In this document: one piece after another, positions 26,520 to 39,498 of the stretch | Position numbering within the stretch: position 1 is the first letter of the stretch | Layout: every line of letters starts with the position of its first letter | The notes under the pieces: model-generated | What the model saw: the letters and a program-made list of their open reading frames with translations, nothing else | Database searches by the model: none | Told to the model about the DNA's origin: nothing | Translations under genes and position numbers: made by a program | DNA from: Takakia lepidozioides | Lineage: Eukaryota > Plantae > Bryophyta | Assembly (NCBI GenBank): GCA_030704615.1 | Contig: CM060733.1 | Coordinates: 39,618,001-39,682,000, forward strand | DNA length: 64,000 nucleotides | Direction of reading: 5' to 3'

Positions 26520-27599
26520 TCAAGGCATGTGTTCGAAGACGCCTCCGGCTACCACAACCACTTGCAACGGTCTCCGCACTAGAGGAAACGGAAATACTTT
26601 CGGAGAACTTGAACCTAGTAGTAACATTATTATCCGAAATGTTACTTGGAACTCTACTTGTTGAATCTCTTGATGCCATTGAAGCCTACCGAGAAGCCTG
26701 CCATTTTTGCCAATCACGAAGCTCTTCTTCTTTTTTTCGAATTCACTCCTTGAATGTGACTGGGCAAAACAATTTTTCATATGACAAATGTCAGCTGAAA
26801 TGTGGAACATTTGTAGAAAAAATGATAAAATAAAAGTGCAAGTGGAAGACACTTTCAAGATCAAATTCTCCATAAACAACAAACAGTGAGATAAGTACAT
26901 ACCAAGGTAATCAGGTTCCTTTTGTTGTGGGATCCAAACACGAGGATCAACATATCTTCCATACCAAGCCCAATAGGCGTGGTCGCGACCAATAGGCTTA
27001 CGAGAACACTTGGCAGGGTTCTCGCTGATGTAATCTACGACTGTTGAGGCTGCAGCCATTTTCAATATACATGGCCACACAACTTTTGTCATATCATCAT
27101 GGTCAACCAAGCCCTTTGATGATGGCTTGTATGAAATAGGGAAGAATCTAGTATTTGGTGGGTTTCGGAGGCCCTTTGATGGCTCATCATCGATAAAGAG
27201 TATTTGTCCATGCGTTGCAAAGGGTGTACCAGGGTACTTGGCAAGAATAATGCGAATATCCTTAACAAGATATTTCATCCCAAGCATGATGTAACCAGTG
27301 GTGTCTTTGCAATCCTCAGCTGACCAGATGAAGCAAAACTTCTTTGCAATTTTCGTGGGAATTAAGCACTCGAGCATCCTACAAAGAACATCTCTTTCAC
27401 CACATGACCAAATCGTCACGTGAAAATACATGAACGCAAGGTCGAGAAACTCCAAGACTCCGGGCCGAGGAATCACAAAAGGTCTGTCGGGAACATGAAC
27501 TGTAACTTTCCTGAAACGAAATCTCTCCTTAAATAATTCACCGCCGGTTGGAGGTGGCCGGTAGCAGAGAAGTCCATTGACACTCAATATTAACAACAT
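26520..27599 (-). CDS. FCP1/NIF (HAD-fold CTD-phosphatase-like) domain protein, catalytic Asp replaced; 3' part probably spliced
   Basis: LLILSVNGLL (motif I, D to S), VIPRPGVLEFL...FHVTIWS, FIWSAEDC, LVKDI, ILFIDDEPSKGLRNPPNTRFFP. Confidence 0.7.
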   Translation of the reverse strand: MLLILSVNGLLCYRPPPTGGELFKERFRFRKVTVHVPDRPFVIPRPGVLEFLDLAFMYFHVTIWSCGERDVLCRMLECLIPTKIAKKFCFIWSAEDCKDTTGYIMLGMKYLVKDIRIILAKYPGTPFATHGQILFIDDEPSKGLRNPPNTRFFPISYKPSSKGLVDHDDMTKVVWPCILKMAAASTVVDYISENPAKCSRKPIGRDHAYWAWYGRYVDPRVWIPQQKEPDYLGMYLSHCLLFMENLILKVSSTCTFILSFFLQMFHISADICHMKNCFAQSHSRSEFEKKKKSFVIGKNGRLLGRLQWHQEIQQVEFQVTFRIIMLLLGSSSPKVFPFPLVRRPLQVVVVAGGVFEHMP

Positions 27600-29121
27600 C
27601 CGTTTCTTCTTCCCCGATGTGGCAGATGAAGGTTAATGGACGATGTCATCCTGCGCAATTTATGGAAATAAATTTAAGTGTTACCGCCGTCAGAAACAAC
27701 ACGATGTAGTGTTTCTTAGTTTCAGAGTGACCTCTACGTTTGCTGAGACATAAATGTTCCGATAATGGACTACTGTAAAGGACCAAGAGTAGACGATATA
27801 TCGAAGAGTTCGAGATCATGAAAAGATAAACGTCGGCTGTCAAGTGGAGGTTATTGGACGTTGTCGGGAGGCGCATTGAAGAAGTTCTGCGGCTCCATAC
27901 TCGCTTGTATAAAAATTACGGAATTAGTTTGGGACCGCAAAACAAACTGCAAACGAAAGTGGAGAAATTGTTTTGAAATTTACCATTGAAGGTTTCGTAG
28001 AAGAACAGTGGATTCCCGCAGGCTTGGATTGACGAGGCGCCACAACATCCGATGGAGTTCTCATGTGTTTGGAGTCTGCTTTTTTTTCCTTGTCAGCCTT
28101 TTGTCCGTTGGAAAGATTTCTTGCAGAGGAAGGAAATGGCTCGGGGGTTCTTTTTCGCCTCTTTGGTGCAAAACGTTGTGCCAGCAGGGTCAGGTTGTGT
28201 CGATGTTGGAGATGTTTTGCCATTGAACGACGGGGGGAGTGGAGGGGCAACAACAGGTAAACACATAAAATTGTCCCTTGAGCACTCCACATCCTGGATG
28301 GAATGAAAACGCAACGAAGGAATAATTTACCTCGAAACTGCATTCCAATGCAGACGTTGTTTGACAAGAAGGTCATAATCTGCAGATTTTCTGACCTGAA
28401 ACGATCAGACCCCAAACTAAGTGAAACTAGGAGAATGAGCAATGAGCGAGAAATGAGTTTAAGTCACCTGACTTCTACGGATTTGGGCTGTCCAACCCTT
28501 GTGCTGGAGAGATATGCGAGGAAGAGACAGAATAAGGTGTAGCGGAGCTGTAGCCGAGTCCCCGACGGTTGCCATGTGGGTTGGATAGACCAGACCCTGC
28601 GTACTGAACGGGGAGGGTGAGAAATGTTGAGAAAGGTCGATAAAATTTCCGGGATATTCTGTTCTTCACCTGCACCTTGGACTTTACACCCAGGAGGACC
28701 CGAGAGGAAAAAAATGTTGTCTGCTTCCTGAGAGGAGAAGGGTCTGACCGAGGATCCACCCTCAATTTGACGACCATCGTGAACCCTCAGAAAGCCTTCA
28801 ATACTCCGACTCACTGCGTCAAGAATTCAACTGAAAATGAGTGAAAATGAAAGTACCATATCTAACACGTGTGTGATTACAAGGCAATGGAAATCAGAAA
28901 CCATGAAGATATTCAATAGCTTGAGTGAGATGGGATTGATCAAAAATAATTTATTTTGAAGCATCATATCTGAGACTCTTAAAACCGTTGTCCTCAATAA
29001 AATCCCAGAATGACATAAACTTGGGATCGTTTGAAACATTGGGAAAAAAACTCAACCCTATTTTTTTTTCCCTAAGATAGCTTGAAATAGTGGGATGTTT
29101 CATCATTCCAAGCAAATAGGT

Positions 29122-29345
29122 CTAAAGAACCTTGATAAGATAACAACCATCAGTCTCCACGATCTGGAAAGGTTTGAGAACAAGACATGAGTCGGGCGGG
29201 TTCAATACACACTTCATGGAGGTGTCGTCAATGAGCAGAGTGTTACTCTTGGTGTATTGTCCACCAAATCTCTGCCAGACCAGTGGCTTCAAAAACAAAT
29301 GAGGAGGGTCCAATCCTGATCTGAATTGAGGGTGAACCGAAGATG
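29122..29345 (-). pseudogene. C-terminal fragment of a second FCP1/NIF-like domain
   Basis: LFLKPLVWQRFGGQYTKSNTLLIDDTSMKCVLNPPDSCLVLKPF. Confidence 0.65.
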
Positions 29346-29351
29346 GATTAT

Positions 29352-30500
29352 AACCTTGCGCAAAGTGAAGGGCGAAAAGATTTGAATAACCATAATAGTT
29401 ATGGTTATGGTATGGATACTTCATTCCCAATTGCAGGGGAAGGGTAAGGGTTTAGACGTAACAATGGTGTAGGGTTTTGCTTAGGGTTTTTGACGAGGGT
29501 TTAGGGTTTAGGGTTGAAGGCAGAAATGGTGAGCATACATGCCGGAAGACTCGCACTCGCTACAACTTAGTGTTGTTAGTAAGGTAGTAAGCAAAACAAA
29601 AATGAAAAACTTAATATTATGGAAGTGTAGTCATTGCATCAGACAAGTATTTAAATGAAAGACTCGTCCTTAGAACTTGGTATTAAGATACATAGAAAAC
29701 AAAGTTCGATAAAAAAAGGTAAGTGCGTGTCAATCCAAACCAAAGGCAAAACCTTGCGCAAGGTGAAAGGCGAAGAGATTTAAATAACCATAATAGTTAT
29801 AGTTATGGTATGGATATTTCATTCCCATTTGCGGGGAAGGGTAAGGGTTTAGACATAACAATGGCGTAGGGTTTTGCTTAGGGTTTTCGACGAGGGTTTA
29901 GGGTTTAGAGTTGAATGCAGAAATGGTGAGCGTACATACTGGATGACTCGCACTCGCTACAACTTAGTGTATGTTAGTAGGGTACAAAATGGAAATTTGG
30001 TTACATTGAAGAGATTTGGATAACCAAAGTGGTTATGGTTATGGTATGGATAGTTGATTCCCATTTGCAAATGGAAGGGCAAGGATTTTGGGATATTGGG
30101 TTAAGGGTAAATGTTTAGGGGTTTATAGTAAGGGTTTAGGGTAGGGGTTTAGGGTTTTTGTTTAAGTTACAAAATAGACAAACACTTATGGAAGACTCCA
30201 GTCGCTAGAACTTAGTGTTGTTAGTAGGACACTAGTAAGCAAAAAAAAAAATGAAGAACCTATTATAGACAAGTATTTAAATGAAAGACTCGTCCTTGGA
30301 ACCTGGTATTAAAATGTAACATAGAAAGCAAACTGTAACATGCCTAAATGCATGTCAATCCAAAACAAAGGAAAAAGCTAGCGCAAATGTGAAGGGAGGA
30401 GACATTTTCAATAACCATAATGGTTATGGTTATGGCTATGGTTATGGTATGAATAGTTCATGGGCCATTTGCAGAAAAGGGTAAGGGTTAGGGGTAATGC
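29352..30500. repeat. Four degenerate tandem units (about 250-400 bp) containing TTTAGGG telomere-like motifs and (GGTTAT)n
   Basis: Units start at ~29352, 29749, 30005 and 30378, sharing ataaccataa..gttatggtatgg..cccatttgc..gggtaagggttt; gggtttagggtttaggg runs at ~29497, 29894 and 30113-30155. Confidence 0.85.
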
Positions 30501-31390
30501 TAACATAAAAAACAAGGTACTATATAAAAAAGGTATGTCAATCCTAAATCCTTAATTGCCAAAAACAAAATTACACCCTATGAGATTTGGAAAGAAAATG
30601 GCATTATATAACGACTTTTGGGAAGCGCCTGGATCTCATGGGAGAAAATGGATCTGAAGAAAACATGAGAGAGGATAAAAAGTCAGACCAGCAAATAAAA
30701 ATTAAAAGAAATGAAATTTGCTTAAAATTTGAACAACGGAAAATGACATGTGAAATTCCCTCTTAAACTAGGGCAAAAAATGAGAAGTATGAAAATGAAA
30801 TGAAATAAAAATTTGGTGCAGAAAAGTCGTAGAGCTTAGAGGGAAAATGGAGGAGAACCTCAGAGAAAAAACTTCACGACTAACAAATTGAAAAGTATGT
30901 CAACAACGATTGGGTAAGGCTCCACCTAATGGGAGACTTCAGTGGGAGAATTGGTTATGCGAAAAACAAGTTCAATGTTTCAGAGAAGGACTAGAAATGG
31001 GCTATTTTCTTTCGTTGTTAAAAACCTCTTTGACCGAATTTGAAGACTCCAGTGGTCGTGCCCGCCATTTTTGTTCTTGTGATCTATATGTTATATAGGC
31101 AAAACTCCCCCACACGGTTTTCTTTGTTGTCTAGAATGTACAGCAGGCCAGAATCCAGCACACCAGAAACAAAGGACGAGAACATCCAACATTCGAGGTT
31201 CAGTGCGACATAAAAAGTTAACAAAAAAGATCTCCCAATGCAAACAAGAAGAGCAATATAAAGAAGAAAAATTTTATTTCTTAAATCGAAGTACTAGAGT
31301 TGACCTCAACAATATGTCATTGGTCTGGAACTCGCTCGCACGACTCGCTTTCTAATTGACGATTAGCCTCCTCCAAATTAGCGCGCGCCT

Positions 31391-34196
31391 TCACTGCTTC
31401 GACGGCATGAATTCTCTTAGTGCTACTCCTTGTCGTGGAGGCATTGTCCACACAACATTGTTCACGTGGATCCATTGAGGAGGATCTGACGAGTTATACT
31501 CCCAAAGTTTTGACCAACTGTCCCTGTACCTTTCCAAGTCTGTTGGGTTACCACCTTTTCTCGGTCTCCACCACTCCACCTTCACCTTCTTAAAATTAGG
31601 ATCATCCCTTTCGCAGATCACGTCAGATATCGCCACCCCCATCCAGACTGGGGACGTACTTGGGTCATGAGGGCGAACGAGCATAAAAAACCCTTTCTCA
31701 ATATCCTTGAACGGATTCAAGGATATTATTGGTCGCTCACACCTCGAGCCACAGTAAGGTTCTAGGATTTCATCCTCTTCTTCCACATCTGGCACTATAT
31801 GTGGATGGATTCCTTCTCTGAGATGATTCTTGGACCAATTTTTTTTTTGGCCAGAATCCCTCAAGTAGATGAATACGCTCGGGAGCTTCTGGAATTGGCT
31901 TATCCAGCTCGGCGAGAATGTTTCCTTGGTCGTATTGTTCCATTTGACCTCTGTAATGATCGTCAAGCATTATTCATTTCGTCCAAAAATCCCTGTATTT
32001 CTTTATTCCATTCTTGAATGACTGTTTTTCGGAGGAGTTGTCCCCGACTCCCCAGATAGGTCTCATTGGTACGGCGTCTGGGTCTCATTCAGGGAGCTTG
32101 GGAGTCCCGTCAGGATTGGACTTCCACATCTTCACACTATTGTTTGTTGGAGCCAGTCCGAATCAGTAGCGGACTTCTTGTACTTCATGACGGGCCAACC
32201 CTTCGTATCCTTAAAAAAACGGAAGACATGCATCTCCGAAATCCCGACCAACGCCTCTTTTCCATCTAGAATACAGCCCTATACCAAATTCTTGAAGTCG
32301 GGAACCTCCTGAATAATCTGTGGAATGAACTGCAGATCTTGCGAGGTCATAAATGACCTCATCAAATATGAAAGAATGTAGGTGCTTCGTTCTTTTAGCT
32401 TCTTCGAAAGGTAGCTAAAGAACATGTGGATGTCTTCATGGGTGTGTCCGACCATTAGAAACCCTAGCTGGATCTCTTCAAAAACATCTTTGGCGGTCAG
32501 GAGGGATAGAAAAGCAAGCATCCATCTGTTCTTATTGTCCTTCGCGGAGTTGTCCATTTGCAAATACAGTCTTCTCGGAAATGGACGAGCACCACGTTTG
32601 TCTTCCGGCCTACAGGATTTAAGAGCATCCAAACATCTCGATTTACCTCTTTAAAGTGATTCGAAAAACTGGTTTTGAAGTCGGTAATCGAAAATGTTCC
32701 TGGACTCGCGATAGGTTGGCTTCTCCAGCTGGTGCAGGCAACGTGCCAAAGAACCAATTGTAAGGTTTGAATTTCCCTTCCAGAACTCAAGAGAATACTG
32801 ACCGTAAGCTCCATCACCATATCCGTGCGTGACCATTCCCGTTAGTGAAACTGGAAGTTGACCCAATCCAGAAATCATCTTGTTTGGGTAATGGAGCCTT
32901 CGAATAGTTGTTTTCCTATGATCCATTTTGTCGTGAATAATACATATAAACTCCTCCGGAATCATAACATAATCCACATTGAATCAGAAAAAATTTCCAT
33001 GAATGAAATTGAAGAATGGAGATTTCATACCTCGTCTCGTATTCGCTTCCAGTTCATTTCAGGTGGTAAGACTCTCAAAGTATCCCTCCTTCTCTTCCCA
33101 ATGCATCGTGTCTTATGGGGCATGAGATCAGTATTTCCGTTGATAATGGATATAATGTTACCCTCTGCCTGAAGCGTCCGTGGGCGTGGCCTCTTCACTC
33201 CACGGTTCCCATGGAGACTTGACAACCAACCCTGTTTACTCAACTTTTTGTACTCCATGTATGTGGACTTGCCAATTCCATGATTTGTCCACCAAGCAGT
33301 CTCACAAATATCTACACCCTCAATCGTAACGTATGCCCTGCGAGAGGTCTCTTCCAGCATGTGAAGTCGTTTTGAAATATTTAGTCCATGTTCTCTCCTC
33401 TCATCGAAAGTGGATCCCCAAAACGAAGTACGGATAACCAAGGTTTTTCGCCAATCGAAGTATTGACAGCAGTGAAGTCTGCAGCAAGGTTTGCTGCTCA
33501 AGGACCGGACTTCCTCCAAAGTAAGATTCTTCATTCTTTTTTTGGAGTGTTCCAAATCTCGATCCATCTTCTTCATCATAAAATGTCGATACGCCGCTTT
33601 CTTTACACCTGTCTCGTGATCTTCATACAAGATACTGTCAGGAGATCTAATAAAATTCTTCAGATCATTTAAAAGTAGTTTCTCACTTTCCAAAAATCGT
33701 GTTTTTATTAAATGCCATTTTACAAGAGACATCAAAAATCCAATCCTCCCCTCGAACAGTGCACCCCCATCATCACCCAATAGTACACACTGCAAGTTTC
33801 TCCAGTTGTTTCTTCCAAGTCCTCCACTCGGATTCTCGGAACTCTTCGATGGTATGTGGTTTGATTCATCCTCGTCGACGTTAGATACTCATTATTCTCC
33901 GCATAAACTTCGCCAACATTCCACACCACCGGGGTCTCAATGGCCTCCTTCAAGGTGTTAGCATCCATATGTCCATAAGGAAGATGATATAATGAGTTTG
34001 CTTCATCACATGAGATGAGAACCACTGAAATGGCTGAGGAAGATAATTGGTGTCCATGACAGGTCCCAACCCCGGAGACATTAAGGCAGTCCCCAGATGC
34101 TACTGGAGATGAAGACCCGTGAAGAGTAAGAAACACTCTTTGACCTGTCTCTAAGCTCATGATCACCGGAACCTCCACTGCACACGTGAGGTTCAA
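31391..34196 (-). pseudogene. Sola1/DUF7869-like transposase with an N-terminal transposase-associated domain; several frameshifts and stops
   Basis: LYLQMDNSAKDNKNRW...FLMVGHTHEDI (32279-32632); IIHDKMD...GMVTHG (32651-32977); CCRLHCC...GVDICETAW (33025-33795); VASG...HGHQL...TLKEAI..VVW (33732-34196). Confidence 0.75.
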
Positions 34197-34620
34197 GACG
34201 GATGAATACTAGTGGATGAATAATTGTAATGACGGATGAATGTGAGCATTGACGCGACTGTCCAGTGGAGGTCCATGACTTGATCGATGACGGAATACGG
34301 AAATTGGAGAGATGGACAAATACAGCGAAATAAGAGTATTGGACTGTAATTTCTAAACGTGCAGATGAGAAATGAGTAGATTTTCCTGTAGACTATCGAA
34401 AACACACAGATCTTATAACATTTTCTACGGGAGAAAATAAAGTTCACACGAGAGATTATGGAAATTCAGAGAGGTACACCTGCGATGGCCACAGACGTAC
34501 AGGATGCTCAGAGAGGTGCACTATGGGCAATGAGGTGGGAGATGACCAGAGAGGTGCGGAAAACACAATCTGCAAGTGAGAGATATGGAGATAGAAGTTT
34601 GAACAGTGTGCACTTAGACC

Positions 34621-34952
34621 TTATATAGAGGTGGAAACCAGGTTGCCCGCTGGAACTCCTCCAATGGGATAGTGCGATACGTTATCTCGCGGATCGATTT
34701 CCGACGCCGTTGATATCCGATATGGCCACAATCGAACGATTATGGATGGTGCAGGAGTGCACTCTTTGAGCAATTTCGAAAATGAGTGTCATTTACTGGT
34801 AGAACCCTATGTAACAATTATGATGCCAGAACAATAACGGCCGATCAATGGTTATTGGATGATATTTGCATGGATGTTGGATGGAACACGCGCGACAGTT
34901 CGATTTCGAAAGGACGCGATGGTTCAGATTCTTTGCGACGGCACCATATAAG
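34621..34952. promoter_or_regulatory. Putative divergent promoter with TATA boxes for the transposase (-) and the MTase-like gene (+)
   Basis: CTCTATATAA on the minus strand at 34621-34630 and CATATAAG on the plus strand at 34945-34952, between head-to-head genes. Confidence 0.35.
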
Positions 34953-35282
34953 GGGTGTGCTCGTTCAACCCACCCTTTCGGCACTCCATTGTGTACATGG
35001 AAGCGCTGCGGAAGTGCTAAGAGAGACTAGCGCTAAGAAAGAAAGAGTTTTGAAGAAGGGAGAGCGTGAAGAGCAGAGAGCGTGTTGTGCAGGGTGCCGT
35101 GAGAGCAGAGAGAAGATAGCGTGCAGTTCAGTGCAGCGTGAGAGTGAAGTGGAGGAAAGCAAGCAGACAACAGATTCAAATGCAGACAGGAGACGGGAGG
35201 GAAGCAGAGCGTAAGGGAGAGCAGAGCGGAGCGGTGGAAGCTTAAGGGTCAGGCGTTTCAGGTCAGCAACAGGGGCACTGAA

Positions 35283-37580
35283 ATGGCTCAGGCATCGAGT
35301 AGGTAATGTTCTTGTTTATAGTTTCTATCTGGTTTGATGTGATAGCGGGATGGTTTATCATTCAAAAATTCAACATGATGAGGTCTTTTGTAATGTGTCT
35401 TGTTTGGTAATGAGGTGCTTGTCCATCTCTTCTTTTCCCCAATCTATTTATGTTCTCCATCTGGAACAGTTCTGCAAATGTGCCGCAAAAATACTTGAAA
35501 CATCATATGATCATGAAAACATGATGTTGCGGAGAACGATTCTAAAAGTTTTCATGGTCATTGGGTTTTTCAAGGATTTTCTAGGCACACTATTGGAATT
35601 GTTCCCGGTGGAGAATATGAACAGATTGGACAAATTTAACTTGGAGGAGCACCGCATTCCCAAGGAGACACTACAGAAAGAGCTTCAAATTGCAAGGCAC
35701 AACAAGATGGACGGAGATGAATTGGCAATCGAATCATCATTTGGAGTATAGTATAATTGACATGATAGTTGTGACTTTTGTTTCATTTCAAAAATTAATA
35801 TCAAAATTAATATCGAATGAAATGTCTAATCATGCATGTCAACTCATACTGGAGATAAGTAGCGTGAAGGAGGCCATGGTTCTGGTTCTCTGTGACGAAG
35901 ACATATGGAACCAGTGGGAGGAAGTGTTCAAACAGTAGGAACAAGGAAAGCTTATTGATATTTGCGGGATTCAGTGCAAGGGTGAATAGCTACCGCTGAA
36001 TAAAACCGTTATCGCAAAACTGCAAGGACTTAATAGCAGACAGTTGAAAAGAGTGGCGGAGAAAATCCTGAACGGAGACATTTGCATTTGGGGAATGAAA
36101 TTCAAGAACGCGAACAAATCCAAAAATACAATGAGCCCGTATATTGACCAAATGAAATTGCGACGGTCTATTATCGACGATGTAATGGAAGTCTTAGGGT
36201 GGCCTCGGAGGAGCAAACAAAACCCGGAACCGTACACCAAACAGGAGTGGCGTGATGTGAAAAAAAAATACAACTTCAACAAGTCCTTCAAAATGTATGT
36301 CTTGTTGTGCAAGCAAATCTTTGAGGATAACCAGAATGCCCTTGGGATTCTACGTACGAGCTTCAAATCCCATTATACATAGCTGGGGGGAAACCAAAAA
36401 TTTGTTGATGCCAGATCACGGTTGGGACTTGCACCGAAGAAACGGTTCGACGACATATCGATGGTGTTCGTCAATACAGTTTGTGATGATGACTCTGTTG
36501 TCTTCGAGGCAAAAGACTACTCCAATATCCTGGATGTTTTTGTGGCTCGGAAGCTCATGTCTAGTGATTTTATGTTTTTTTTTAACACAAGAATCATCAG
36601 GAAATCTTGTGTCATACATCCAGAATGGCCCTGGATCAAAGTCGTTTATTATCCGACAGGGTTATTACATTCCCGACGAGTTTGAATCACCTTACAAGAG
36701 CTGCACGACTATATTCTCGCGAACGGTCCTCTGCCTCGATTACGTATTTTCGGCAACAGCTGAGGAGATGGTGAATCCGGACGATCACATTCAAATTGTT
36801 TTATTAACGCCGGATCCAATTAATCCCGTTATCCAAGGACAAGATGTAGACCCAACCTCGCAGGAAAAGAAGTGTAGGATTTACACTCATGAGCTGAGGG
36901 CGGACACCTACAATTACCTGGTTTTTTTTTTTGCAGGGATGGGATGTCTTGTGTGAATGTTTTTGGAGGAGTGGCAATGACATACGTTCTGCTTGTAAGT
37001 GGATTCCGCTTCGTTTTGAAATTATCTGTGTTTGCAATTTGCCGGATTTAACTCTCATATTTTTTCTACGTTGTCGGAATAGGGTGTTTAACCAGTGTCT
37101 GTTTTTTTCTATTGTTAACCTCCACTGGACAGTGGAGGTTCATGTTATTTTAGTTCTGGGTGTTTTGGGTGTTTGTTATTCGGGAGTTTGGTGTGTTTGC
37201 TAGTTGTCTCAAAAGAAAGCCTAACGCTTTCAATCTTTCAATGGTTGCAATTCGTCGGATTTATTTTGGTTTCATTGCAGGAAAGAAATATTCGTGTGCT
37301 TGACATAAACTATACGAAAAAGAAATTTTGTAGAAGCAAGGTGGAGGCTTATTTCAAGATGCTCCAGATTGATAATCAGACTATCGTAGGAGACGGAGAT
37401 GACGGAGATGACGGAGATTCGCTGCGAGATGACGGAGATTCGCTGCAAGATGACGAAGTGGACAAAGAAGAGGATGACGAAGGACACAACAAGGAGCGGG
37501 ACGAGGAAATGGAGGAGAAACAAGAACAGGACGAGGAGGAGGAGAATGACGAACATGAAGATGAAGATGTGAACATGTAA
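35283..37580 (+). pseudogene. Multi-exon TE cargo gene with degenerate beta-class (N4C/N6A) DNA methyltransferase-like C-terminus and acidic tail
   Basis: Correcting the T11 run at 36922-36932 gives YTHELRADTYNYLV..FCRDGMSCVNVFGGVAMTYVLL|gtaagt(36995)...ag|ERNIRVLDINY (37281), resembling the motif X/I region KP..L...LI..F...GD.VLDPFxG....A...R. No DPPY/SPPY seen. Confidence 0.4.
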
Positions 37581-38944
37581 ATCGTTACCGAAGACCAGGG
37601 GCAGATACAACTGATGTGGGAAAGGGAAAGAGAGGGCCAGGAAATTCTCGGGATGGATAAACTAGGTAATACTCCAAATACCCAAGAATGCATTGCGCCA
37701 CAAAGTGTACACAATATGGACAACTTCTTCCTTCAGTTCTGATAACACCACGAATCAAAATCCGGCTTCTCAAGGGGGCCAAGAAGCGACATCGACGGCG
37801 TTAGTTGAAACCTTCGGTCAAGGGTTCACACCTGTGGAAGGTGACGAGCCATTGATTACCGGATCCCGTTAACAATCCTCGAGAGGTGGTGTCCCATAAT
37901 GTCACCCAGGAAGTGGTTCTGGATGTAGATAACGAATGACAATTAGTGAATTTTTATTCGTACACACTTCTGAATACAATATGACAATATTGTAATTATA
38001 CATATTTGTGAGTGGAATAATCCGAATGTTTTTTCCATTTCCTTTGTTCTGGACTTTCGGATTAAACATATTTCCACCCGAATACATATTTCCATTTGCA
38101 TATCTTTGTGGACAACCATTAACTGTTTCGATACTTTTCTTATAGATCCAAGAATCCCATTCGGAGGAAATGACACACACACGAAAAGGCTCAAAGGAGA
38201 CTCAAACGGTGAAGAGACACGTGGATTTGACCGTGAGGGCCATGTCACCTGAGCCGGTTCCGCAAGTAACCTCTACTATCAGTCGACGTTGCCATTTGCA
38301 GGGATTGAGTCGGAGAATCCTCCTACTCGCGGGGAAGTAGAAGAGACGGAGGCATCACAATCGCGTAATCCAACAACAGATCCCGATTCGGGTACAACAT
38401 TGGCTTTATTCTTATTACTCTTATTATTGGTCTTTGAGTCTCATCTTCGGTATTGCTCAATTCGGTAATTTTGTCGGATCAATTTAGACCACATAATCCT
38501 CATCCGTGGGATTCTTTAATTTCCTGTAGATTCGTGAGACGACGTCTGAGGAGATCAAACACACACGGACAAACTCCAACGAGACTGAGACGGTGAAGAG
38601 AAGAGTGGATCGGACAATCACTGTCACACTATCTGAGCCGGTCCTACAAGTAACCTCCACTGGACAGTCGAGGTTGCCATCTGGTGCCACAGAGATGGAA
38701 GATAATGTTTTCCGTAGAGATGGGAAAGAGCAGGAGCAGCCCGCCTAGGGATCTCAGCAGCACCCCCCAAAAATGGTAATGCTTTCAACTCCATTTTTCC
38801 GTTTATCAACTTTGGGATTACTGAAATTGAAATTAATAATGAACTCTTCTGTTATTCCACAAGACAATATGCATTACCCTCCAATCGACTATTTCATTTC
38901 TGTCAATCCAAACGATCTGCACCTTGGGGACCGAACGGATGCCG

Positions 38945-39498
38945 GCCAGGATACTACGTCCTGGTTCTGGACATCGGTTACCTTTGTGAGGTTTACCTAA
39001 AGGATGGAAAGAAAACCCCTCCTGCCACCCAGCCTTGTATCTCCGCAGGGAAATTCAAGTTAGCTACGCGAAACGGTCTTGACAAATTCGTTGAGTGGGT
39101 CGTCAAAGTTTGTCGTTTGTTTTTGGAACATTGGACCTGAAATGAACGTCGAGACTATCGCCAAGGCCGTGTTCGGGAAGTATTATTCCCAGGTCAGAAC
39201 TTACAGCAATGAGAATTCCGTCATGCATAGATCGACATTCAACGAAAAATGGCCTAAAGCTCCCAAAAATCCCATCTACTTTAAACATCTTTACGACATT
39301 TTCGGTGAGGAAGACCCGACAGTTTACAAATCCAATACTCTCCTCATCGACACTGTAGACAGTATGTACAAGTCTTACTTGAACCCGTTAGGACATACCA
39401 TCTTCCTTCCAAAATATAAGGCACGCGTGGACCCTGACAGAGATAAGTTTCTACTGGAAGAGCCGAGCGTTTTGAGAGTTCTGCCACGAGGGTGTTAG
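38945..39498 (+). pseudogene. Third FCP1/NIF-like domain, frameshifted
   Basis: YVLVLDIGYLC...ATRNGLDKFVEW/[fs]SKFVVCFWN...PIYFKHL...YKSNTLLID...KSYLNPLGHTIFLPKY. Confidence 0.65.

Noticed and set aside
29480-30160. True telomere or chromosome end
   Set aside because: Only 2-3 consecutive TTTAGGG units, embedded in larger repeats in the middle of the contig.
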